A DNA stretch of 64,000 nt from Anaerolineales bacterium (GTDB lineage Bacteria > Chloroflexota > Anaerolineae > 4572-78 > NAK82): positions 4,176,018-4,240,017 of the forward strand of contig CP070811.1 of assembly GCA_020343875.1 (NCBI GenBank). The letters are read 5' to 3'. A program made the position numbers and the translations under genes. This document shows, piece by piece, positions 56,961 through 64,000 of this stretch (position 1 is the stretch's first letter; every line of letters begins with the position of its first letter). Below the pieces are notes generated by a model, which was not told the DNA's origin, did no database searches, and saw nothing but the letters and a program-made list of their open reading frames with translations.

Positions 56961-56989
56961 AGTATATCACTACCGGCCAAATCTCGCAA
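56961..56989 (-). promoter_or_regulatory. Sigma70-like promoter of fbaB
   Basis: Minus strand reads TTGCGA (56984-56989), 17-nt spacer, TATACT (56961-56966). Confidence 0.45.
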
Positions 56990-57158
56990 CGAATTCGGTG
57001 AATCGAATCCGGTCAGGGCAAACACCGTTGCTCGCTTTTCAAAAACGCTTGTTCTGCGAATTGTCCCCACAGGCTAGCCCTGATTGAGCGATGACCCGGG
57101 CTCGCAGGTTCGAACATCTTGTTGGTGTTTGGGCAGGCACTCAGAATCGCGGGCGCTG

Positions 57159-58268
57159 TCAATTTAAGATCGCCTGCTGCGCTGACTGGCGACCGCTCTC
57201 AGTTAGCGACAGGTACCCATCCCGGCTAAGGACGATTCCACGTCGCTCTGCCTGCCTCACCACTTGGGTTGTGAAAGCAGGTTCCCAACGCATATGCTCG
57301 TGCATGTGTTCGATGCGAAATTCCTTATCCGTCGCTGGCAGCCCTTCATGATTGAAGAGGTGAATAGCCAACATCGTCTGCGCGAACTCCCAGCGCTGGC
57401 GGGCGCGTCGGCGTGCTAGGGCCATCAGGCCACGCTCGGGTGCCAGCAGGAAGGCCAGGCCAAAGAGGACCCCAGCCATAGTTGCCATCGATCCGGCAAT
57501 GGATGCGTCTAGCGCGCGTGCCAGCCAATAGCCGCTGATGGCGCTGGCAACGCCGACCAGGCCACTCAGCCCGATCATTCGCGGCAGTCGGTCGGTGAGC
57601 ATATAGGCAGTGGCTGGCGGTCCGATCATCAGAGCTACCACCAAGATGGAGCCGACGGCGTCGAACGCCCCTACTGCTGTCACCGAGACCAACGTCATCA
57701 GCCCGTAGTGGATGAGGCCCGGCCAAAAGCCTAGCGCCGCTGCCAGCCCAGTGTCAAAGGTAGCCAGCTTTAGCTCCTTGTAGAACAGCAGGATGAAGAG
57801 AATGTTGAGCAGCAGGATACCCCCCATCATATACAGCGCTCGTGGCCCCAGGTCGTAGCCCAGGACAACAAATCGGGTGAAGGGTGCAAAAGCCAGTTCG
57901 CCCAGTAGCACCGCATCGGTGTCCAGGTGAACGTTGGCGGCGAAGCGTGAGATGAGGATCACCCCAATGCTGAATAGGGCCGGGAACACCAATCCGATGG
58001 CGGCATCCTCTCGCACCAGCCGGGTACGATTCAGTAACTCTACCAGGCCTACCGTGACGACGCCGGTCATCGTGGCAGCGACCACCAAGAAGGGAGAGGA
58101 AATATCTCGGGTGATAAAGAAAGCCAGCACGATTCCCAACAGAATGGCGTGGCTGATGGCATCACTCATCAGCGCCATCCTCCGCAGTACCAGAAATACG
58201 CCTGGCAGGGCACAGGCTACCGCCACCACGGCAGCGATTAGTTGAATCTCGATCTGTGGCAGGCTCAT
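57159..58268 (-). CDS. Metal (Mn/Zn/Fe) ABC importer permease (ABC-3 family) with a C-terminal winged-helix-like extension of about 85 aa
   Basis: ABC-3 permease core (MSDAISHAILLGIVLAF...). The start ATG overlaps the upstream permease stop (58266-58270). C-terminal tail WEFAQTMLAIHLFNHEGLPATDKEFRIEHMHEHMRWEPAFTTQVVRQAERRGIVLSRDGYLSLTESGRQSAQQA. Confidence 0.9.
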   Translation of the reverse strand: MSLPQIEIQLIAAVVAVACALPGVFLVLRRMALMSDAISHAILLGIVLAFFITRDISSPFLVVAATMTGVVTVGLVELLNRTRLVREDAAIGLVFPALFSIGVILISRFAANVHLDTDAVLLGELAFAPFTRFVVLGYDLGPRALYMMGGILLLNILFILLFYKELKLATFDTGLAAALGFWPGLIHYGLMTLVSVTAVGAFDAVGSILVVALMIGPPATAYMLTDRLPRMIGLSGLVGVASAISGYWLARALDASIAGSMATMAGVLFGLAFLLAPERGLMALARRRARQRWEFAQTMLAIHLFNHEGLPATDKEFRIEHMHEHMRWEPAFTTQVVRQAERRGIVLSRDGYLSLTESGRQSAQQAILN

Positions 58269-59404
58269 CAACTGGCCTCCTCTTGTTTCGCAACCAGGCG
58301 TTCCGCCTCGTTCATGCCGGCGGGCGTCAGCGCCCACTCATCAGGGCCGACCTGCTGCACCCAACCCTGCCTGAGCAGCTTTCCCAGGGTGTGGGCCACG
58401 CCGCCTCGCCCGTAGCTCATGGTACGCAGCGCAGCAACAGAGTGACCATGATCCCGGTCAGCATGTTGTGATGCCAGCAGGTAGAGGTCTCTCAGGACCG
58501 CTTCTACGCGTAGCCACCGCCGGTTGCGCCGCTGGCGCACCCAACGCCATATCAGTCCGCGATTGGGCGCTCCGGACAGCGATATCAACACAATGGCACT
58601 GATGCATAGCACGATAGTTGGGCCGGTGGGCAGGCGGGTAGTTGTGCTGCTGATCACCGCGCCGCTTACGCCTGCCAAGGCGCCGAAGAAGGCTGATAGG
58701 CCTACCATCAGCCCCAGGCGATCAGTCCACTGGCGGGCAGCAGCAGCGGGCGCCACCACCATAGCGCTCATCAGCACTACCCCCACCGTCTGCAATCCCA
58801 GCACGATGGCGATCACCAACAGAGTCGTTAGCAGTACGTCCAGGAGGCGGATTGGGTAGCCCAGACTGGCCCCGAATTCGGGATCAAAACTGAGCAACTT
58901 GAATTCTTTCCAGAACAGCAGCATCGTCAACAGGGCCAGCGTTCCAAGCCCTGCCATGGTGACCACATCGCGCTCCAGCAGCGCTGCTGCTTGCCCGAAG
59001 AGGAACTTGTCTAGACCTGCTTGGGTCGCATCTGGCCGCCTTTGGATAAACGTCAGAAGCACCAGTCCAAACCCAAAGAAGACGGATAGCACAAGTCCCA
59101 GCGCACTATCGTCCTTGACACGGCTGGTATTTAGGATGCTCATCACCAGCAAAGTGCCGACCCAACCGGCCGCCACGGCACCCAACATGAGCACCAGGGG
59201 TGCCTTGCTGCCTGTCAGTAAGAAGGCCAGGGCGATGCCGGGCAATGCTGCATGAGAGATGGCGTCTCCCAACAGGCTTTGCTTGCGAAGCACGGCATAG
59301 GTGCCCAGGGCTCCACTGACAATCCCCAGCGTGGCCGAGCCCAGTGCCACCGTCCGCAAGGTGTAGTCCAGAAATAGGTTGCTGAGCAATTCCAGGAGGT
59401 TCAT
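58268..59404 (-). CDS. Metal ABC importer permease (ABC-3 family) with a C-terminal DtxR-type winged-helix-like extension of about 90 aa
   Basis: ABC-3 permease core ([19 protein letters not shown]...). C-terminal tail [74 protein letters not shown]. The start overlaps the ATPase stop. Confidence 0.9.
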   Translation of the reverse strand: MNLLELLSNLFLDYTLRTVALGSATLGIVSGALGTYAVLRKQSLLGDAISHAALPGIALAFLLTGSKAPLVLMLGAVAAGWVGTLLVMSILNTSRVKDDSALGLVLSVFFGFGLVLLTFIQRRPDATQAGLDKFLFGQAAALLERDVVTMAGLGTLALLTMLLFWKEFKLLSFDPEFGASLGYPIRLLDVLLTTLLVIAIVLGLQTVGVVLMSAMVVAPAAAARQWTDRLGLMVGLSAFFGALAGVSGAVISSTTTRLPTGPTIVLCISAIVLISLSGAPNRGLIWRWVRQRRNRRWLRVEAVLRDLYLLASQHADRDHGHSVAALRTMSYGRGGVAHTLGKLLRQGWVQQVGPDEWALTPAGMNEAERLVAKQEEAS

Positions 59405-60240
59405 TCTGAGCTCTCCTGGGGCGCGGCGCTTGGCTCAAGATCATGGCGGGCCATTGGCCCAACTGCTGCCGGATCAGCGCTGCGCCCAATATCAGGCCGA
59501 CTATCGCGGCTCAAGAAAGCCACCCGACCTCCATAGGCCAGCCGCAGGTTCTGCTCCGTAAAGACCTCGTCCACTGGCCCGCTGGCGATGCGACGCACAT
59601 TGAGTAGCGTGACCCAGTCAAAGTATTCGGGCACGGTCTGTAGATCGTGGTGAACGACAACTACCGTCTTGCCGGCCGCACGCAGATCCTGGAGCAATCT
59701 CACGATGGCCCTTTCCGTGGTGGCATCCACGCCCTGGAAAGGCTCATCCATAAAGTAAACCTGTGCCTCCTGCACCAATGCACGAGCCAAGAAGACACGT
59801 TGCTGCTGACCACCGGAGAGCTGGCTGATTTGTCGCTCAGCGAAAGGGCGCATTCCGACCTTATCCAGCGCTTCCAGTGCCAGGGTTTGCTCCTGGCGAC
59901 CCGGCCGTCGTATCCAACCCAGGCTACCATAGCGGCCCATCATCACCACATCCAGCACACTTGTCGGGAAGTCCCAGTCAACGCTTTCACGCTGCGGTAC
60001 GTAGCCCACCACTCGACGCTGTTCCAAATAGGGCTGGCCATAGATCAATACTTGGCCAGCTGCGGCGCGGATCAGGCCCAGAATTGCTTTGATCAAAGTC
60101 GTTTTGCCTGCTCCATTTGGGCCGACAATAGCCATCAATACCCCGGCGGGCACATCCAGGTCCACGTCCCAGAGTACGGGCTTGTCTCGATAAGCTACCG
60201 TAAGGTCAGTTACCTCAATCGCTTTTTTTCCGTTATTCAT
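59401..60240 (-). CDS. Metal ABC importer ATP-binding protein
   Basis: Walker [11 protein letters not shown]. Signature [14 protein letters not shown]. Walker [17 protein letters not shown] lies 7 nt before ATG 60240. Low-complexity C-terminal tail. Confidence 0.9.
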   Translation of the reverse strand: MNNGKKAIEVTDLTVAYRDKPVLWDVDLDVPAGVLMAIVGPNGAGKTTLIKAILGLIRAAAGQVLIYGQPYLEQRRVVGYVPQRESVDWDFPTSVLDVVMMGRYGSLGWIRRPGRQEQTLALEALDKVGMRPFAERQISQLSGGQQQRVFLARALVQEAQVYFMDEPFQGVDATTERAIVRLLQDLRAAGKTVVVVHHDLQTVPEYFDWVTLLNVRRIASGPVDEVFTEQNLRLAYGGRVAFLSRDSRPDIGRSADPAAVGPMARHDLEPSAAPQESSE

Positions 60241-60338
60241 CGTTTTGCTCCTGATTCCTCTCGCAGCGCACACCATGCTGCAGAGATGCGCGGCCGGCTG
60301 CGTATTGCGCCAGTCCTGCCAGATTGTGTTACGTTACA

Positions 60339-61280
60339 TCACTCGCCCAGTAATGAGCCTACAATTGTGTCAATATTGTGGCGCACCATGCCAACGTAAG
60401 TGCCTTCCGGTGTGCCCGGATTACCCATCGCATCCGAAAAGAGTTCACCGCCGATTTCAACCTGGAAGCCCTTGGCCTCTACCGCTGCCTGCACGGCTTC
60501 GATCGTTCGGGGCGACACCGAAGATTCGACAAAGATGGCTGGGATTTTGCGCGCGACGATGAATTCGGCCAGCGCTTGCACATCGGCCGTGCCTGCTTCG
60601 GCCGCAGTGCTGATACCTTGCAGGCCACGGACTTCGAAGCCATAGGCCTGACCGAAGTAGTTAAAAGCGTCGTGTGCTGTGATGAGCACCCGCTGCTCTG
60701 CAGGCACCTTCTCGGCTTGAGCTATCACGTAGTTATGAAGCTCCTGGAGCTCCAATAGATAGCTTTCTGCATTGGACCGATACAGAGCGGCGTGCTCAGG
60801 ATCCATCTCGAGTAGTGTGTCGCGTACCTGCTCGACGGCTTTCACCCAAAGGGACACGTCGAACCAGACATGGGGATCGTAAGCTCCTTCAAACTCGGGT
60901 GGGGCAAGAAGCGCAGCTCGGTCCATGCCATCTGTGACTGCCACTGCCTTGACTCGGCCTTCCATCTTTTCAAATACTTCACCCAGCTTGGCCTCCAGGT
61001 GCAAGCCATTGTAAAAGATCAGGTCCGCATTTGCCATGCGGGATACGTCTCCCTCACTGGCCTTATAGAGGTGTGGATCTACACCGGCTCCCATCAGGCC
61101 AGTTACCTGGACACGCTCGCCGCCTACAATCTCGACGATGTTTGTGATCATGCCGATAGTCGATACCACGTTGATCTGCCGTTGAGATAAATCCGCGCTT
61201 CGCTCGGCAGCTGGTTGGCCACAGGCCACCAGCAAGGGTATCAGTATCAGGCTTAACAAAGCCAGGGGCGTTCTATACAT
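60339..61280 (-). CDS. Metal ABC importer substrate-binding lipoprotein (cluster A-I; PsaA/MntC/TroA type)
   Basis: Lipobox LLVACG. Candidate His/His/Glu/Asp ligand positions (DPHLY, DPHVWFD, FVESS, LFSDAMG). Confidence 0.9.
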   Translation of the reverse strand: MYRTPLALLSLILIPLLVACGQPAAERSADLSQRQINVVSTIGMITNIVEIVGGERVQVTGLMGAGVDPHLYKASEGDVSRMANADLIFYNGLHLEAKLGEVFEKMEGRVKAVAVTDGMDRAALLAPPEFEGAYDPHVWFDVSLWVKAVEQVRDTLLEMDPEHAALYRSNAESYLLELQELHNYVIAQAEKVPAEQRVLITAHDAFNYFGQAYGFEVRGLQGISTAAEAGTADVQALAEFIVARKIPAIFVESSVSPRTIEAVQAAVEAKGFQVEIGGELFSDAMGNPGTPEGTYVGMVRHNIDTIVGSLLGE

Positions 61281-61284
61281 AGTA

Positions 61285-61950
61285 TTACTCCTTGCTGTGA
61301 ATGTTGCTTACAAAAACGTGCTTCGCGACCACCTGCCCCAAGACGTGCTCGGTGTCTTCCACTCGGATAGTCAGTGGCCCGCCAAAGGGCGCTAATGCAA
61401 GCACGCTTACCTCCGCCTGAGGATAAAGCCCTAGCTCGCCCAGGTAGCGCAGCAATGCCGGGTCGTGGTCGCTGACCTCGGCCACCACCGCTGACTGTCC
61501 CGACTCCAGCTCGGTCAGCCGGACGCAATGGGGATGATCGAAGCTCCCATCCTGGGCCGGGATCGGTGCGCCGTGAGGGTCGCTGGTTGGGTGGCCAAGC
61601 ATGGCATCTATCCGATCTGCCAAATCCTCCGATAGCACATGCTCGATCTTGTGAGCTTCCGCGTGAACCTGATCCCACGGCATCCCCAATGCCTCGGCCA
61701 AGAACAACTCGATCAACCGATGATGGCGTATCACCTCCAGGGCAATCTTTTGGCCAGCTTCGGTCAGCGTGACGCCCTGGTATGGCGTGTACACCACCAG
61801 GTGCATATCAGCCAGTTTTTTCAGCATGCCGGTCACCGAGGGAGGCGTGACACCCATCCGCTCAGACAGGGCAGTGGTGGATACCTTTTCTTTGCCCCGC
61901 TGTATATCGTATATGGTCTTCAGGTAGTCTTCAACTGCCTGGGTCTGCAT
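61285..61950 (-). CDS. mntR: DtxR/MntR-family metal-dependent repressor with a C-terminal FeoA/SH3-like domain
   Basis: VEDYLKTIYDIQRGKEKVSTTALSERMGVTPPSVTGMLKKLADMHLV...LTEAGQKIALEVIRHHRLIELFL. GGAG lies 6 nt before ATG 61950. First gene of the importer operon. Confidence 0.9.
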   Translation of the reverse strand: MQTQAVEDYLKTIYDIQRGKEKVSTTALSERMGVTPPSVTGMLKKLADMHLVVYTPYQGVTLTEAGQKIALEVIRHHRLIELFLAEALGMPWDQVHAEAHKIEHVLSEDLADRIDAMLGHPTSDPHGAPIPAQDGSFDHPHCVRLTELESGQSAVVAEVSDHDPALLRYLGELGLYPQAEVSVLALAPFGGPLTIRVEDTEHVLGQVVAKHVFVSNIHSKE

Positions 61951-61970
61951 TCTGTGCTCCAAAATAATAA

Positions 61971-61986
61971 TTTAGGCTGCCCTAAA
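61971..61986. promoter_or_regulatory. DtxR/MntR-box-like palindrome (candidate autoregulatory operator)
   Basis: TTTAGG-CTGC-CCTAAA lies between the predicted -10 and the mntR start. Its half-sites resemble the TTAGG/CCTAA arms of DtxR/IdeR boxes. Confidence 0.55.
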
Positions 61987-61999
61987 TATATTAATGACA

Positions 62000-62027
62000 A
62001 TTATAGTCGAAGTATATCATTTGTCAA
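62000..62027 (-). promoter_or_regulatory. Near-consensus sigma70 promoter of the mntR-importer operon
   Basis: Minus strand reads TTGACA (62022-62027), 16-nt spacer, TATAAT (62000-62005). Confidence 0.55.
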
Positions 62028-62235
62028 GGGCCTCGGGCAATTGGGTGCGTCCTCAAAAATGGGGAATCACAGAGGCATGTCCCCCTGGTTTGTCCCGATT
62101 TCCCAAAATCTGGGGCGCACCGAGACAATTCGTTTCTATTTGTGAATCAGTCCAGTTGTGGTACTATATGCAGGCGCGTTGCATGGCTTGCGCAGAGTTC
62201 GATCGTCCATTTCAGTTCAGTACGGGAAGCAGGTT

Positions 62236-62862
62236 ATGAAACGTTTTCTGCAAGAGTTACTCAAACCAACACCCAAACAAGCGGTGACCATCGTCTCCGG
62301 TCTGCCTCGTTCCGGTACCTCCATGCTTATGAAGATGTTAGAAGCGGGGGGCATACCGCCGCTGACCGACCAGATAAGAACGGCTGACGGCGACAATCCT
62401 AAAGGATACTATGAATTTGAGCGCGTTAAGAAGCTTGACGAGGGGGATACTGCCTGGCTAGAAGAGGCCCAGGGCAAAGCTGTCAAGGTAATTTCGGCTC
62501 TCTTGAAGTACTTACCTCAAGACTATACCTACAAGATGATCTTCATGCGGCGGGAGATAGAGGAGATTCTGGCTTCCCAAAGAAAAATGCTGGTGCATAG
62601 GGGAGAGCCCACCGACACGGTCAGCGATGACAGGATGAAGGGTTTGTTTATAAAGCACCTGGCACAGGCCGAAGCCTGGATGAATGAACAGCCAAACATT
62701 GATGTCATTTACGTCAGCTACAATGACATCTTGCAGGATCCAGTCAAGCAGGCGAAAAGGATCAATCAATTCTTGGGCAACACACTCGACGTAGAGAAGA
62801 TGGCGGGTGTCGTTGACCAGGCGCTTTATCGGCAGCGTCAAGACGAGATCTCGCCCCAATGA
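62236..62862 (+). CDS. Sulfotransferase-family protein
   Basis: VTIVSGLPRSGTSMLMKML is a PAPS 5'-phosphosulfate-binding-type loop. Size and layout fit the small bacterial sulfotransferases. ATG 62236; the track ORF opens at 62158. Confidence 0.75.
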   Translation: MKRFLQELLKPTPKQAVTIVSGLPRSGTSMLMKMLEAGGIPPLTDQIRTADGDNPKGYYEFERVKKLDEGDTAWLEEAQGKAVKVISALLKYLPQDYTYKMIFMRREIEEILASQRKMLVHRGEPTDTVSDDRMKGLFIKHLAQAEAWMNEQPNIDVIYVSYNDILQDPVKQAKRINQFLGNTLDVEKMAGVVDQALYRQRQDEISPQ

Positions 62863-62882
62863 ACGCCTGGGTCTGACCCATA

Positions 62883-63248
62883 TTAACCGGCCGTAAGGAC
62901 GGCTCGCAGGATCAGGCCTACAGTCAGTAGCGTTGCTGCTCCGTACATCAACATCTCGGCCCGTTCCTCACGACCCTTTGTGTAGGCATACACGGCGGGT
63001 ATTGTTAATCCGCTGACCAAGCCATACAGGATGTGAACACCTCGTTCCGGCCTGAGACCGCTATACCACAGGAACGCTCCTAATCCGCCCTGGGCCAAAA
63101 TGAGGAGCTCGGCGATAACCAGGGCCCCCCAATAGCCTGAGCTTACCCCTTGGCGCCGGGCAAAACGCACCAGCCCCCAAATTGCTATGAAGAGAAAGTA
63201 AAAGAGCGCGCTATTCGCCAGATTGCCATGGACTTCAGCCAGGGGCAT
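62883..63248 (-). CDS. Hypothetical four-TM membrane protein
   Basis: Four clear hydrophobic helices in 121 aa. No family recognised. Confidence 0.6.
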   Translation of the reverse strand: MPLAEVHGNLANSALFYFLFIAIWGLVRFARRQGVSSGYWGALVIAELLILAQGGLGAFLWYSGLRPERGVHILYGLVSGLTIPAVYAYTKGREERAEMLMYGAATLLTVGLILRAVLTAG

Positions 63249-63653
63249 ATTCGCCGGCCTTTCTATAGGATGTTGTCCTATGTGCTAGTAGAGTGGTTGC
63301 GTACCTTCAGGCAATAATACACTTGCATTGGGGCCAATGTCAAGATCCTGTGCGAGTGACGTAAGCTTGCCTCCTGGCCCGCTGGTCAGGACGAGCTGAA
63401 GGCCACTCCTGAGCGCCCCTGAGGAGCAAATTGGCTCTTGTGATGTGACTTTGCACGAGTCTTGCCTAAAGCCCCGGCATGGGGATCGCCTTCATACTCA
63501 GGGTTGATGGCAGCTGCCATACATGATCCCCAAGCAAACTTCCATTTCGCCTGCTGCATCGGGTACGATTTGCCAACAATGACATATCGAGTATAGTCTA
63601 ACCACAAGAAATGATCTCCGTTACTGTTCTGCTCTATGCCGGGGGCAAGGGTT

Positions 63654-64000
63654 ATGGACAAAGTATATTTGTCGTGGAACGAAGTATCTCGGCTCATTGA
63701 TCGAATTGTACCGCAGGTTACCGGTCACTTTGATGCGGTGGTTGCGATCACCCGGGGCGGGATTGTGCCGGGGGGATTGCTTAGCGAGCGGCTGCGTATC
63801 CCCCAGGTTTTCATTGCCTCCGCGTACTTCTTCCAGGAAGAGGACGAGGCTCTCGACTGGCCCATCTTTTTGCAATTCCCTGACGACAACCTGCTCAACG
63901 GTAAACGCATCTTGGTGGTAGACGACGTTTGGGGTAGGGGAACTACCATCACCAATGTGCGCGAGCGGATCCTTCAGGCCGGCGGTGAAGTGGTCACGGT
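63654..64000 (+). CDS. Phosphoribosyltransferase (purine/xanthine-guanine PRT-like), 3'-truncated by the window edge; not in the supplied ORF track
   Basis: My own translation from ATG 63654: MDKVYLSWNEVSRLIDRIVPQVTGHFDAVVAITRGGIVPGGLLSERLRIPQVFIASAYFFQEEDEALDWPIFLQFPDDNLLNGKRILVVDDVWGRGTTITNVRERILQAGGEVVT. It has no stop before the window ends. ILVVDDVWGRGTT is a PRPP-binding motif. Confidence 0.8.
   Translation, partial: MDKVYLSWNEVSRLIDRIVPQVTGHFDAVVAITRGGIVPGGLLSERLRIPQVFIASAYFFQEEDEALDWPIFLQFPDDNLLNGKRILVVDDVWGRGTTITNVRERILQAGGEVVT

Noticed and set aside
63386-63697. Minus-strand 103-aa ORF in the track.
   Set aside because: It overlaps the start of the well-supported PRT gene, has no recognisable motifs or ribosome-binding site, and sits in lower-GC sequence. 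I did not report it as a feature; it is covered under the 63249-63653 finding.

Overview
This is a 64-kb, high-GC bacterial chromosome segment. Its gene content (RNase Y, an LPXTG-type sorting signal, many Pro/Thr-linked secreted multidomain proteins, GTG/TTG starts) suggests a monoderm, Chloroflexota-like organism; that placement is inference only. All calls come from reading the sequence and the ORF track and comparing them with family motifs from memory. No database search was run.

I support about 48 protein-coding genes. I found no rRNA, tRNA, CRISPR array, transposase, integrase or phage gene.

Gene blocks, in order:
- recA(3' end)-recX-rny
- L,D-transpeptidase and AI-2E transporter, divergent
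- a small gene-decay pocket
- a signal-transduction operon: membrane Cys4 protein, multidomain sensor kinase, NarL-type regulator
- a cell-surface block: BNR propeller, SH3b-PA14x3-PKDx4 giant, SIMPL protein, LPATG-anchored 5'-nucleotidase
- DUF1786-like gene coupled to yitJ (homocysteine methyltransferase/MTHFR)
- korAB, queG, a cNMP-patatin lipase, hydantoinase, and msrA with an oxidoreductase
- a lipoprotein of about 1500 aa
- metal homeostasis genes: CDF exporter, ArsR plus a P1B-ATPase, and MntR plus a Mn ABC importer
- two ABC export systems, fbaB, a sulfotransferase, and a phosphoribosyltransferase running off the 3' edge. The ORF track does not list this last gene.

I did not find a clear new multigene system such as a defence island, retroelement or CRISPR-like locus. 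The leads I consider most worth checking are:
1. Two separate genes interrupted by a single in-frame TAG: the sensor kinase at 10064-10066 and a LysW-like zinc ribbon at 6539-6541. TAG is otherwise the commonest ordinary stop codon in this window.
2. A 35-nt promoter-like motif present three times with identical geometry (27 of 35 positions invariant).
3. Both Mn-importer permeases carry C-terminal DtxR-type winged-helix-like extensions.
4. A membrane protein with a CxxC...CxxC C-terminal module heads the two-component operon.
5. Several unexplained structured or AT-rich non-coding stretches: the recA-recX spacer, a roughly 450-nt leader upstream of the 5'-nucleotidase gene, and a perfect 18-bp hairpin inside an ABC operon.

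Start codons are often ambiguous. Stop coordinates are reliable.
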